A DNA stretch of 64,000 nucleotides. Source: Nymphaea colorata. Lineage: Eukaryota. Of this stretch, positions 41,464 to 55,019 are shown one piece after another (position 1 is the stretch's first letter; the number at the start of each line of letters is the position of its first letter). The notes beneath the pieces are model-generated. The model was not told the DNA's origin and searched no databases. It was given only the letters and a program-made list of their open reading frames with translations. Location: contig NC_045138.2 in the NCBI RefSeq assembly GCF_008831285.2, positions 40,362,001 through 40,426,000 of the forward strand. Reading direction: 5' to 3'. Made by a program: the position numbers and the translations under genes.

Positions 41464-41767
41464 CTCCAAATTTTGTTTTGATATCCTTGAAATTTATTTT
41501 TGTTTGCAAGTTGAGGTTTGGTAGAAGGCATGCATCAAAAATAATAAGATAGGTTCATGAAACACTAGAACTATTAAATATTCATGAAATATGAAATATA
41601 TAATGCTTCTGTTGTAAATATTAGGCTAAGTTTACGAAACACTAGAACTACCAATGGATTCCTCTACCTCTTTAACTTGAAGGTCATAACATGGGCTCGC
41701 TTCTGCTCCAAGTTTTGTTTGATATGCTTGAAATTTATTTTTATTTGCAAGCTGAGGCTTGGTGCAT
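41464..41767. repeat. Diverged direct repeats
   Basis: ctccaa.ttttg..tgatat.cttgaaatttattttt.tttgcaag.tgagg.ttggt at ~41464 and ~41707, plus gaaacactagaacta twice. Confidence 0.7.
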
Positions 41768-44388
41768 AAAAAATATTCGAAACTCTAAACCTCATTGGAC
41801 AGCTTGAAGGTCTTAAAAGTTAAAATGGGCTCGCTTGTCACGTTCTTGAAATTAAACAACAAAAAGACAAGAGGTGCTACAAACACGGCAAGGCAAAAGG
41901 CGAGTTCGAGTTCAAAGCAGAGAAACGGACAAATGGCGAGCAATCATGTGGGTGCGGTAATCTATGATGATTCATCACACCAGTGGGCGTGGGCTCCAGT
42001 TGTTGGGTTCGAGTCAAGTCAACTCAAACAGAGAGAGAGAGATTTTATATTGTATAAAATGCGTAAAACGCCAAATATTTGCAACCAAGATGGTGGCAGA
42101 CCGGAAGTTGGCAAAGGCCTAACTTTCGGAGCTTAAGTCGCTTCGGAAAAACTTGAACAGCGTACAAACAATAAATTAAATGAAATAAAAAACAAACATG
42201 CACCTCTCTTTCTCTCTCTTTTTCACTGTTAGTTGGGTTGGAAAGTGTGTTGAGATTCAGAACTATCTTGGAAGATGTTATTCTAATAGTATTAAAGAAT
42301 GTTGATCTTGAGAGTAAGAGAGCCACTATGATCTTTCTCTCTTTCCGTGGGCTTGCAACTATACGATGGTGCACACACTTAGAGATACAGAAACATGGTT
42401 GAAATGGGTGCATGAAATTGAGGACCTGCACAATCCTCACTGATATGATAATCCCTCAAAACTTTCATGATCATAGAAGTTACTAGATGCATGGGATCTT
42501 CGTGTTGATCAACTGCTTTTTTGCTGCAGAGATCAGATTTTTCTACACTGCTAGAACTCAATAGCTGTAAGCTTTTTGGTCTTAACAGATCTAATCTATG
42601 TACCAAATAAGGATGCGTTTATGGTCTATTACAGTTTACTTTTTTTTTAGAAGAAAACTAATTGTCAATTAAAATGCGGCAGTTTATTGAAACTTATCCT
42701 CAAATTGGACACCTGTTTCAAACTTGTAGCATCCCATCAACTTGATAGCTTTCACCAATTGGGTTTGCCAAGTGAGTGGAGTCCTTCAAGCAATAAAGGT
42801 CAATTTTCTCAGCATATACGGTAGGGAGTTACATTATTGGTCACCCACATGGCAAGTTTATTGCACGGCATACATAATGTCATAAATTAGGAAGACGGTG
42901 AAATAATTTAGGAGGTGACTGTAGATATAACAGGTGAAACCAGCAGCTAGCCGAAAAACAGTTTTCGTCATTATGAGAAGGAAATTTTGAAGTACAGATT
43001 GTTAAAAAGACATCCTAACTTTTCTTTTCTGTATGTAACAAAAGATTTGCAAGTTTAATTTTTCAAGTCTACTGTTAATTAATATGTTCAACCATTTTAC
43101 CCTCTAAAAAATGACATGATTTTTTTAATATACATTTGCACTCTCTCGTCGATAATTTTTTGGCATTATTAACAAAAAAAGAAAACATCACCTGGCAGTT
43201 TTTTATATTAATAAAAGAAGAACCTGCCTGATTTGGGTATAGTTAACCATGTATTGATATGAATGAATATAACTAAAGAGACCAATATAGAATAATGGAG
43301 ATCAAATTTGTTGGCAATTGAGGGTATTGTATATTTAATCTCATTGCAGTATGCTTAATCGATGAAATGGTAGATTCGGTTGATAGCCCAAAACTTGGAT
43401 GTGCTTTAGATGCATCGAAGGTTTATGTCCATTTGTTGCATCACCAAGTCTTTGGTTTTATTTCTGAAAACTTTCATGAAAAGGCTAGCAATCAATCCAG
43501 TAGAATAGAAAATAGCGAAGCCATTAATTAAAACAGATCCTTTTAATTTGCGACCGGCCTGATTGTTGGTATTGGAATTAACGAGTGATTTTCAAAGCTC
43601 AGACTCAGTGGGTCGTCAGTGAATCAGAAATCTGAAACATGCGGTACTGTCCATACTTCAAAAGTTGGTTTCTCCACAAGTTACTCCCAAGATCCTGTCC
43701 CACCTATGAGGCGACGGTGTCAGACCTGGATTTGGATCCCGTCAAATCTTTCGCAACAAACTTCGTGTATTGAAAATGAAAACCTTACCGGATATGCTCT
43801 GACAATTGTAAAAGTAATTTGATTTTTTAGCATTGGAAAGTGTGTGTGTGAATCTTAGCATTCATACACTAATTTGATATTGAATTGCCTAAACCATGTA
43901 ACGCCTGTATTCGTTGCTGCTATGTTGTAAGCCTGATTGGCCCTACCAAATTGGGTGCTACCCAAATCGGACAAAGCACAACTCATATTTGTCATCAAGC
44001 GAGAATTAGGTTGTCTCCTAAGAGCCTGTTTAATTTAGAAGATGAACATTGTAGTTTTAGAAAATATTTTTCTTAAAACGCATCGTTTAATAACAGAACT
44101 ACTGTACGTTATTCTCTAAAGAAAAATATATTATACCGTGCGTAAACACATATATGTTATTAAACACACGTAAGTTCTTTAATGAGATCTAAGAATTATG
44201 GACATCTACAAATATACCTTGTTTCTTGAAATAAGAACAAAAAGTTTTGAAAGCGATGTGTTTTATGAACATGAGTTCTAACAACTCAAGTTTGGGATGG
44301 TTAGGATGGGAGCTACTAGGCGGTTAACATCTATTTTGAATCCGAGGTGTCAACTCTATGTCTTGTAAAAGCAAGCCATGTACCCTAA

Positions 44389-44520
44389 AAGACTGTTTGG
44401 CAATAGGAACATTCACTAAGTATCCCATGAATATGCTTCGAAAAGTGGGACACATTATATCATGAATCTGCCTCAATCTCATGGGATGCTTACCGAGTGT
44501 TTCTATTGCCAAACGACCCC
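44389..44520. mobile_element. Tourist-like MITE (GTTTGG/CCAAAC family)
   Basis: TIRs GTTTGGCAATAGGAACATTC / GAGTGTTTCTATTGCCAAACGACCCC, with an internal catgaatctg motif. Confidence 0.75.
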
Positions 44521-45008
44521 GTAAAGGGATGAGGGGTCGGTGGGGCTTCGGCCTTACACTGGAAAAAACCCTCTCACTCTCACTCGAAAATACTATCAAC
44601 GACACTAATCAAAGAACATTAACGTGCTGTTAACAAAAAAGATGGCTCTTTACGAATTGTTCCAAATGAGTCACTAGGTTGAGCTAGAGGTTTTGTAGGT
44701 CATCAAAGACAAGCGAAGTTCCAAAGGCAGGGCAAGGAAGGAAATTGAACGCAATGCCACGCGTTTGTTTTGTTTTATTTGGATTAAGTTTAAAATCGTT
44801 GTCACAACCATGTCCAATGGTGCGCCTTCTAGTGGATCTATTCAATTGTCTAAGCGACAACTTAAGGCCTTCAAGTTGGAGGAGACTTTTTTAGTATTGC
44901 CACAATATAGAGAACATTTTTGAATGGACAATCATGAGCAAACTTTAAACACCAAGAGATAACTAAAACTTTGAGTATTGACTAATTTAAAAGGCTGGGA
45001 GACCTCAT

Positions 45009-45095
45009 TAGACGCAATGTAGTTCGCATGGTGTTTGTCAAACAAGTAGTCATGGTTCGAATCTCATCGCTACAGTAAGCCTCATCAACATTTTT
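45009..45095 (+). mobile_element. Possible tRNA-derived SINE head remnant
   Basis: A-box-like TAGACGCAATG (45009) and B-box GGTTCGAATCT (45054) at tRNA-like spacing. No cloverleaf. Confidence 0.3.
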
Positions 45096-45487
45096 AAGAA
45101 TCCTGATACGAGATGTGAACTGAAATAACATTGATAGATGAAGATCTCATGATCAAACAATGGGAAAAGTCACCCGAAAAAAGGTTTTCCAGGAATGACT
45201 TTTTTTGTGTGTGGAAAAGTACTGGTAGGGAGACGTGTTTTCTTTTTTGGGAAGACCCATTAAAAAAGCGGGACAAACTGACTTGGAAACTGTTTTGATG
45301 CGGTCCATGGAAACCTGGTTTTGCATAATCTGAGCTTTGTGCAAAATTGGGTTTTAATTAACCTATTCTGGAGTGTCTAAAAGGAGATTAGGGCGTCTGA
45401 GTGATTGGTTTTGTATCATGAGATATTATTTGGATGACTTTTTATTTAGAAAAGAACATATGAGAGACTTCTCCCCATGAACTCATA

Positions 45488-45785
45488 GGCCTTGTTTGAT
45501 AACTAGGCAAGAAGTAGTGGATTCCACCTGTTTTGCTTATCAAGTATGACCAAAGTTTTGACCATTGGACACCCATTTGCTTGTTTTTCAGTCAAAGGTT
45601 TTCCTTCTTTCAAAAGGGAGAAACTTTTGTCTAAGCTAAACCACTCTCTTTTTTTAGGACCTGCTTTTCATTTAATCAAACATAAGAAAGCCTCAATCAA
45701 TCATGACAAAACCTTTTCTAACAAAGGTTTTGCTATGCAAATGTTTTGGCTACGATAAAACTTTCCTCTTGAATCAAACAGCTCC
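45488..45785. mobile_element. Tourist-like MITE
   Basis: Ends GGCCTTGTTTGAT ... ATCAAACAGCTCC, followed by TTA. Internal repeated caaaggtttt/aaaacctttt motifs. Confidence 0.55.
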
Positions 45786-48700
45786 TTATGTAAAAAGCTA
45801 GGGAAAAAAGAACACAGCCAATTGTGTAACTGGGTAATCTGGGGCATCATTCAAGCAATCCAGAAAAGCATGGAAACTTTGTAAGAATAGTTTGATTTAC
45901 CTGGTTAATTAGAAAGACAGTTTCAGCTCAAATTGCCTGATTTTCTCCAATAACACGAAGAAAGGAAGCGTCGGAACCTCATGACGTTGCTGATCGAAGG
46001 TTGAAACTAAAAAAGGAAAAAAAAAAAATTAAAGAACTGTCCGTTCTCTTTTAACAAAAATGCTTGAAAGCAAACAAGCACCAAATACACTTGGTGTTGT
46101 GTTGACCAAAAAGCTTTTCACACACACCATTTGGGTACCTACTCATGTATCAAGATTTTGGACTTTGGATCTTCCTGAGATTCAGATACCCACGGTTCCT
46201 GACATGACGGGTCATTTTAAGTGCACCAGTGGGCCTTCTACTTACCACTTCTAACGGTAGTAAATTAAGATTCCCTCATACCATGTTCCAGCTTGTTTGA
46301 AGGAATATGTTTGTGAGAAGCCTATGGGGAATAAGAATCCTTTTCGTCACTTTCCCTATAGATTCCCCCCAAAATGGAGAAGTGGGCATTTGTATTGTTT
46401 CCAAATCCATATCATGACACAAATGGATTGTTATGGATCTTCATATATAGTGGACCAGGGAAAGGAGAAGCATGTCTGGGTCACTCTCTGTCTAGTTCCT
46501 TGCTACAAACTCATCCTCAAATCAGGTGAGCAAATTCCACTGCTTAAGTGAATGCCGCAGCCATCCTAACCCCACCTTCCCCCTAAGGTCTAAAGTTGCT
46601 TTCGGTGTCTCGGACCAGAGTGGTGCCTATGCTATGCTTCAGAGCCCGCTCTCGAAACTTGATGCCATGGGATTTCAAAAAAGGAGGTTGGCTCTCTACC
46701 AGCCCGCACCCCGTCCGTTGCACCCACCTTTTCAATGATACAATCTTATGCTCAAATCACAGTGAGAAACTGCACTTTCAGCCGTTTGGGGGCACGTTTC
46801 TAGCATTTACTGATCGTTCTGTGGCGACTTATTCCATGTCCATGAAGAAGTTCTCTTTAGTCCTTCTCAACTTTGTAAGAAGAGGGGTCCTATTGATTCC
46901 TCTCTTGGATTTTGCATATCTTTCACCTTTTTGAAATTTTGTTGCATTATCATCCTTGGTCAGCAGGTCGGATCTAGGTGGGTCTAAGTCTTATCCAACA
47001 ATGCAGACACAGTTCCTGGTCCAGAGCGGATTGGATATTTATATATTGGAGAAATGAGAAGGAGATAACGAAATTAAAGTACTGGTTCGTCTCAACTGTC
47101 TAGTAATGGGTTATCCCATCAAGTTGGGATCGGACCAGCATAGACCAACCAATTAAGTTAGATGGGGACTAGTACTTACATGCCAGTGGGCTAGCCTAGA
47201 TGAACCGGTTTCTAGATGGCAGGGTCCCCCATAGGAGATTGCATGGCAGCCGCTAATTAATAAGGGACACGTAACAGTGTACTACCGATCAGTGACAACT
47301 CCAGAAACTTGTCATCTTCCTTCTTTCCAAAGATCCCAATTTGATCCTTAACATCCCTTCACCATTGAATGAGAACACAAAAAGTAAGGAAAAGAAGGAA
47401 AGTTTAGCAAGTGCAAGTCAAAACCTTGCGCTGCTCATAAGTAACTAAGAAGATGCCATATCTTGGAAAATGGTGGATGCTAAAGCAGATATGGCCGGGC
47501 CCATTGTGTTCATTTTCTTCCTAGAGAGGAGTGCGGTAGATTGATAGATTCCGCCCCTTTATGTTAGCACCTAACACTAGTTCAATCATCATGATCATCA
47601 CAGTTACCAGAAATAAGTAAAATCTGTAGGACTTGCGCCCCGCCTAGCTAGGGCTAGTAACGAGCCAAAGAAGCCCAAAGGAGGGGTGTTCAAGTTTGAC
47701 TATTATTTTGGTGAACTGTCACAAGGACAGGCTGCATAAGCCAAATAGAAGGCCGTCTCCATGGACTGTTCTTGCATTAAATGCCATAAATTCTGGCTGC
47801 CAACGACATCTAGCTGGGTCCTCTCCGCAGGAGGCTTGGACTTAAGACCGTTTGGAAGATGCTTGATTGTTCTTGAAATGCCAAGAACAGACATTATGTT
47901 CGGGACATTAAAGTTTGAGGTGATATGAGATCACTAGGATATGAGATCAGATCCACCTCAAATATGAGGCTTAGTTTGGCCACCCACATAAGGTTCTTAT
48001 TTTCACCCAGTGGTGAAAATCTAATTGGGTCCCACAGAAAACTAATTTAAGATTACCTTGAACCCACCCTTAGTAGGCATTTCGTAACAGGAACACTGCA
48101 TTCATGAACACATTCATGGAACATTGTGTTCCAAATAAAGCAATGCTGCCATCATCGAACAGGCGAGCACCCACTTAAGGTAAGAAAGGGCACAGTCGTG
48201 CGTGGTAAGATCATAATGTGGGGTTTGCATAAACCCAGTTTACCGATACACAAAAACGGGATTCCATGCTTGTTGAGTCAGCTTCAAACAAAGCTCATAC
48301 AAGCTACCTACATTGTTTTAATATAAAAACGATTAATGGTATTCTAAAATTTATTGAAAACCAAACAATCTAAGATCTAAGCTTGAACCACAAAAAAAAA
48401 AAAAAGTTTTTTTCACAGCTGAAGAGCACATATATTGAACCAAACACGATCTTTTTCTTTCACTCTCTCGCTTCCCCTCTCTTTCTCACTCTCTCTCTCA
48501 TTTTCTCTCTCATATAATTGAAACGTGATTAGCTTCGTCCCGATCTTGAAGATCTTGAAGCCACTGAATCCCAACAACGAAGCATGTTGAGACACGTGAG
48601 TAGAAGAAGTGGCTGCAACGTATCACTCTTTCCCTGAGACGGTATGCAACATTGATGGTGCAGCAGGGCCAGCTACTGCCCATAACGATCGAGTGCGCTA

Positions 48701-49124
48701 ACTCATGATCATTCAGTTTTGTGGTAAACAAGCCTTAACTTTTATGGCTAATCCGCTGACCAAATCTGTAAGCAAAGAAAAGGCAAAGATGGTACACCGG
48801 AAGTCTTAATGCCCACCTAGGTGTTGTCATTCTGCCCACTCGTTCTCTCTTTTCCTTTCTGTCCTCTTCTTTGCTCATGGAAAATCTGATCATTATCTAG
48901 AAATAATTACCAGTGAGAGCCCACTCTGCTTTCTGCAATAGAAAAAGAAGGCCAGTCAGGACGGAAGCTGACCAAGATACAGTGCAGAAAAAGGAGGCAT
49001 CATATCTTGGCTCATATTCCTCAGAGTATCTGTGACTTCATGAGCTAAACGTGACACCACTTGTTCATTGGATCTGTAGTCACGTGTATGCAGAACTCGA
49101 TTCATTGGGATCAGCTTTTAACTC

Positions 49125-49520
49125 TTCTTTCTCATGGCCGAGAAATTGTCTCACATAGAGACGTGGTTCCTTGCACGGGTGTGCACCATGCACAGTCCTT
49201 TGAACACTATATCTGTCCCCCCTGACACACTTCCATTGGGCTTCTGGCCCACTTTTAAGAGTATATATGGATCTGTGCACAGGCATATAACCAGCTTCAC
49301 TTGTTTACCCATCCACTTTTCTTTCTCATGGCCAGGATATTGTCCACACAGAATGGTTACGTGTAGGAGTGCGCACCGTGCACAGCCAGTACACTATATG
49401 TCTTCCTGACACACTTTCATTGGGCCTCTGGCCTACTTTTAAGGGTGCGTGTTATGCACATGGATCTGCTGACCTTTTATTGCGTACAGACCTGTGCATA
49501 TACCGCTCATTTATCCATCC
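49125..49520. repeat. Diverged ~194 bp tandem duplication
   Basis: ttctttctcatggcc, tgcacag, acactatat, cctgacacactt.cattgggc.tctggcc.acttttaag and atggatctg occur twice in the same order, starting at 49125 and 49319. Confidence 0.8.
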
Positions 49521-49756
49521 ACTCTTTCACTTGTGGTGAAGTCTAAATTGTGTTATTAATGCATGCATGTTAGGTATTCTACTTTGTCAAAGCTAAAGAT
49601 AATGAGTATCTTTTGCTTGCATCTACTTGGTTGAGTGGTTGACCATGTTGGTGTGCCTCATGAATGTGCGAGAGAGAGAGAGAGAGAGACGGTGCTCTAC
49701 TGAATGGTTTGAGTTCAGGCTGAATGCCCAACAAATCCAAACCCATTAGCCTAATT

Positions 49757-50066
49757 GAAGCATTTGATTGTCTCAGTTGTTAGATCCAGGTAGATTTTAG
49801 AACCTCGGATCTGAAATCTGAGATTTTAAAAACCTTGTTTGATGCACTCCCTCAGCTTTCTCTCTCTCCTCCCCCCTCTACCTTCAGGCACATATCTGAA
49901 AACCACCCTTGAAGTCAGAAGCCCAAACCCCCTCCGGTTTCAGATCCACAGATTTTAGCATTCTTACGGATCTGAAATATGTGGTTCTTAAATCTACAGT
50001 TTAATAAACCTCAAACTTACTCAGCAAATCCAACCTCAGCTCTAAGATCCAGAGGCTGTCAACTTA
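49757..50066. mobile_element. Second, inverted and more degenerate copy of the 58729-59038 MITE family
   Basis: Collinear reverse-complement similarity along ~300 bp (e.g. tagattttagaac, ccttgtttgatgca, taaatctacagttt, ctaagatccagaggctgtc). Boundaries approximate. Confidence 0.75.
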
Positions 50067-51106
50067 TTGAACTGACAGTCAATCAGATTCGGATGTAATA
50101 TTGAGTCTTGCGTCTAGTCTGAATCAGATTTGGCTCCAAATGTATGTAACCCAATTTTTTAGCTGCAAATTTAAAAGGCAACTGATTCTGATTGTATCCT
50201 ATCGGCTATCAGCATCATGATCGGGTTGATTTCCAGCTGCTAGTAATTGGATCAACTCCAAGTAAGCATGCATTTTGAGATCATGCAGGACATCAAGGTT
50301 CTTTTTTCTTATCGCTTGGAATATTTTCAGGATACCCGGCGCACATGAATGTTGCCATGGATTCCTTTAGGCAGCTCTTCCTTAATCTTGCTGCTTGCCG
50401 AATAGGTTTGATGAGATTATTCTACCTTATCAGGTACCTAAATCACCTAAATGCATCTTTGTTTGCATTGCCGCATGGAACTTGTTCGAGATGATGAACC
50501 TGTTCTATCGAGCTGCAATTCCGCGCACTCCATTTGTAAAGAAAAAAGTTGTTGGAAAACAACATGCTGATATTCGGAACGTGCATTCAAAGAAGGTGGA
50601 ATGGAATCAATATTTGTTCTTTCGAAGATTGGTCTTGACTTTTAAGGTTGAGAGCTTCTCATGGCCACCCTTTGATGGCTTCTCACTAACTTGAGAGAGA
50701 CAATTGGCCAATGGTGTAAAGGGAACTAAATTGGTCAAGCAATCTAGTTGGACTTTCGGTGGCCAACTGTAAAGCAAAATCTCCAAAGCACCCAACTGTC
50801 AGACTCGTCGTAAATAAGCAAAATAACTATAAGGATTCTAATTTCTTCTTTGATTAGGAAAAAAAAGGAAAAACCAAATATCTTAATTATCAATCAAAAG
50901 TTTGTAATACCAATCAACTTATTTAGGCATAGTTAAACATGGACTTGATTAATCCAACCCTCATCGGTCAAAGGCATATCGGATCACTACCTTTCAGCCG
51001 CAAGGGTCCGGTCCTAATCCAAACCTTAGAACACGTAGACCCTCTCTATTTACATATGCTCTTTGGAGAAAATGGCATCTTTATGCCAAAGGAGAGAGGC
51101 TCCCTG

Positions 51107-51435
51107 TGTTGCTAGATTTGTGGAAGAAGATTGTCATTGCAAAGATCAGAAAATCAATCACCAATATCTTGATGTTACGATAAGATGTGATTGAATTAAA
51201 AAGGGAAGGAGATCTCTTAATTTCTGGAAAGATGAGGTAACCGTTCTCATTCCAAATGTATAAAACCCCCTTCTACCTTAGAATGTAGTAAGGCAAAGAA
51301 ATAAAGGAAAATCTTTCTTCTTCCTCTGTGAATGCTGACCGAACCACGTTAAATTTGTGTGTTTTTCTATGCATTGCTGTCTCTCCCATGTTTTTTATCA
51401 CCCTGTCCTGCCTTACTGTTAGCCGTCGGCTAACA
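51107..51435 (+). mobile_element. LTR remnant (Copia-like), opposite orientation to 28592-28852
   Basis: TGTTG...TAACA ends and a TATAAAA box at ~51259. CCGAACCACGTTAAATTTGTGTGTTTT (51339) is a near reverse complement of the motif in the 28.6 kb solo LTR. A purine tract lies just upstream. No clean TSD, left boundary uncertain. Confidence 0.55.
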
Positions 51436-53949
51436 AGGTGCGTAAAAGGGAAGAAGAGAGGGGAACAGAGGGAGAGAGAGAAAAGCCAACGTCTACTTAA
51501 TTAAGGCAAAACACAAGCTTAAGTATAAAGCAACTGCGACGGATAGGTATATCAGAAAATCTGTTGCAAACATATCATTTGAGGGTTTGATCATTTTAAC
51601 TGAATAATAGGATACACACATGCTTTTTTTTCCATTTTTTAATAAAATTTTGATTTTCAACAATTCAATGTAAGACTCTTTCTATACCATTATTAAAGCT
51701 ATCTATAATATTGTCATATTTGAAGGCACCTGTGGAGTTCGAATCTTCGTCTCCGTGAGCATACTGCATACATGTTTGCAATCATGCACAGCGAGCGTAC
51801 CTGTTGAATAGTTCCAAAGTGGATCAACTTTCCTGAGAAGTTCAGAAAATGTAGCTTGTAAACAACGGAAACACACGACAACAGAAAGCTATTAACTCCA
51901 TCCAACAATATCCATCGGTTGTTTGCACCTAACCACCATCTGCGGCAATCAAACCTCGTGTATTAGCACTAAGCAACAGAATAAAATGTCCTAAAACAGT
52001 TGCAGGAGCACAGAATAGTAAGCTTTACAGAAGTGAACTAAGCTTGGATAACAACCATCTTATCTTTGATGGGGCGCATTGCTTTGATTGACTTAAGCCA
52101 TCTTCAAATGTTTGCCGAATGTTCAGATGAGACGGCAGGAGCTTGAAGTTTAGCAGTAATGAGTAGTCAAGTGGTGCTGTTGCTTCGATATCATACTATA
52201 GATATTATCCCCGTGCTTTACTGTATCTTCATCAAGAGGCTAAATATGATCACATTCATAAGCACAAAAATGTATAGCAGAATAAGGTCCACCATTATTT
52301 TTTTTAAATGTGGAAGTGGTCTAGTCGGGCAGAGAGGATCACGAACGCCTTCTGTAACAGCTGAACTCTGAAAAGGAAATGACTAAGAGGGAAAAGCATA
52401 AAATCCTTGTGTTTGGCTTACTAAAGGTATATCTAAACCCAAAAGGAAAAGAGTTCACCCTGACATGTGGCCGGCTATTAATCAAGGTCAAATATGTTTG
52501 CAAATGGCATCCAGGTACAGACAAAGAAAGGTGGTAGCGTACTGTGTTATTGACTCCATGAATCTCATCCTTACCCAGGGTTATGTCAGCAGTGCGGCCT
52601 GTGGGTGTCTACCAGCCTTGAAAATTTTGTTCTACAGAAGAGGATCTTTGTTGAAGACTTCTTTTTGTGTTAATGACTCTTTGTGTCTTTTGCATCTTGG
52701 TAACCGATGGTTTTGTTTTTTTTTGCTGTTCATGTTTAATGGTTGAATAAAAGGTTAGGGGGCCTTTTCGCTCCGCACGATTGTTGTGGCAAAAGGAAAA
52801 GAGTTCAGCTGACATTCAGCATTTCCCTTGAGAATCCTGAATTTTCAACATGCAATGTTTTTTTATAGCATATCAAGTTCATTAATATAAGACGGTTAAC
52901 TTAGTCAAATATCATCGACCATAGGGGACCTAGAACACACGACTAGGACCAGCAATCATCGATCCTTAACATCACCAACCCCATCAATTGGCATAGCAGG
53001 GGTGATACTTTCAAAGGTATTAAAGTCAGACTATCCAACAGCAGAAAGCAATAAATCGAACTTAGTGTTAGGCAATGTATCCCAACACTGATACCCCTAA
53101 TAGTACCTAGAAATTCTGCACCATCCTAGTGCTCCAGGTGCTCCAGAAATTACTACACTTGATACCTGGCAGAGTTGATTGAACCCCTAAACATCTTCGA
53201 ACTGAAATGAAACTTCCCAGTCTCGACCAATCAATCACTCCATACATTCCAGAAAAGAATCCTGTCTCACATCAAGGAGCATCTGGAAACCAAGCAGTGA
53301 AAAAAACAACATAAAAGGAGAAACAGATAACAAGGATCACGTGACCTTGCGTTATCCAACTCCCTCTCTCTCTCTCTCCCCCCATTCCTGACCAGAAATG
53401 GTGGATGAATCCCTGAACAGGCCAGGCAGATCACCCCAACACACAGAGAATCTGACCCCCTGCTCTAAATTACCACTCATCAATTCTGTCTCCCTATAAC
53501 CTTCCACGTATAACATGTCCCTTTCAGAACAAATTTCACAGCTGTCATATTTGTAGAACATCAAATCCTTGCATCTGCATCTAGAATACCTATGGATTCA
53601 CCCACCATGGAATTGCTCACCTGCAGTCCTATTGGCCACTGGGGACTGCACTACTTGAGTGTTTAGAGACCATCAACAAGATAGCATTATGTTTAGGCAG
53701 GAAAGAATGGAAAAACTAAGTTGTAGCAAAATGTAATCCACCTTACACCCTCATAATGCCACACCACGAACTCCTTGAAAACTGACAGAGATACTAGTCT
53801 CCTTTTCCATGGTACCATGATAGTTTATGTAATCAAACAGACATAAATGTAGCCCCAGCAATGCTTGTTTTCTGAAGGAAGAAAAACTGCTGTGGACCAC
53901 TACCTCCGGTGACAGCTTGTCACCTATCTTGTTTAATGTAATCTTCCCA

Positions 53950-54480
53950 TTTGGTCGGCTAAAGCAAGCAAACTGCTACCACTACATTGTATTGTTGGAG
54001 AAATGCAAAACCACTTTGGTGGCCATAGCCAGACATCTGCACATAACATTAACTAGAAGGGCAGAAACTTAACCATCATCTCCTTCCAAGCTCTTCAATG
54101 ACTTTTGCCATGAATGTATGCATCATCCTTGGTGTATAAGCCCATCGAGTGATTTACAAGCACTTTTATGGAGAATAACTTGCTTAGAATGCCTCTCTAC
54201 TAGCGGTCATAAAGGCCAACCTCATCCAAAAATACACCCACTACGTAGACAAGAGATGTCACATACTACCTTTATACTCTAGCAATTTGGCAGACTTTAA
54301 GGAGTTTGTAAGGATCACTGATGATATACCACGGGCTTCCTTCCAGCATCTAGCGAGATACCATCTGATGTCCAGTGACTGCAGTCTCCTCCCCTCTCCC
54401 ATCTTCCCATGCAGAGAGGTCCCTTCTGGCAAGCTCCCTTCCAAGGATTGGCACTTCTCCCCCATGCCTCCTGTGTCGCA
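53950..54480 (-). mobile_element. Highly degenerate LINE ORF1 (DUF4283 + zinc-knuckle-like) relic
   Basis: Minus-strand fragments KGPLCMGRWERGGD...RKPVV, VGVFLDEV...IKVLVN, VKFLPF...C..GYGH follow the order of plant LINE ORF1 motifs. Many stops and frameshifts. Recognised by eye only. Confidence 0.4.
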
Positions 54481-55019
54481 ATGTCAGCTTTCACTCTCAG
54501 ACTCTGGTTTTTATTTATCTTTTTTCCATTCATGCCCATCATTTTCTATATCTCATGTTTTCTATTTTCTATTTTCTAATGATTGTTTTTATTTTCTTGT
54601 TCACTGATCATAGACTTGCGGCATTTGCCATCTTCTCGTTTCTGTTTTGCTACTTTGCTGCATATGTTTTACTGTTTTGATGCTGTTATACTGCACAAGG
54701 TACATCACTGTGGACTGTTATTAAATTTTTCTCATTTCCATTTTACTGTTATTTATGCTGTTTTACAGCTGTACACAGTACATCATTATGCTGTTTCACA
54801 GTTTAATATTTAATGTTTATAATACTTAATCTGCATAAGGTAAACCATTGATTCATTGTCGACTTTTTGCTGTTTATACATGTGTTCTCAATTTCGTTAA
54901 TCAGTTAAAAATATAAGCATATCCATACAAGTTACTGTTTATACATTTACACATACTGTTTAGTGTTAGTTTGTGTGTGTGTGTGTGTGTGTGTAACACA
55001 CACACACACACACAACTTT

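Noticed and set aside
45009..45075. Intact tRNA gene
   Set aside because: A/B-box-like motifs are present, but no acceptor or anticodon stems can be formed.
51040..51110. MIR399 precursor gene
   Set aside because: Only a short TGGCAT/ATGCCA hairpin and no complementary star arm. The 3' half of the mature sequence deviates. Kept only as a low-interest site.
52358..52466. miRNA-type hairpin
   Set aside because: Only ~11 bp pair, and the inner arms are identical rather than complementary.
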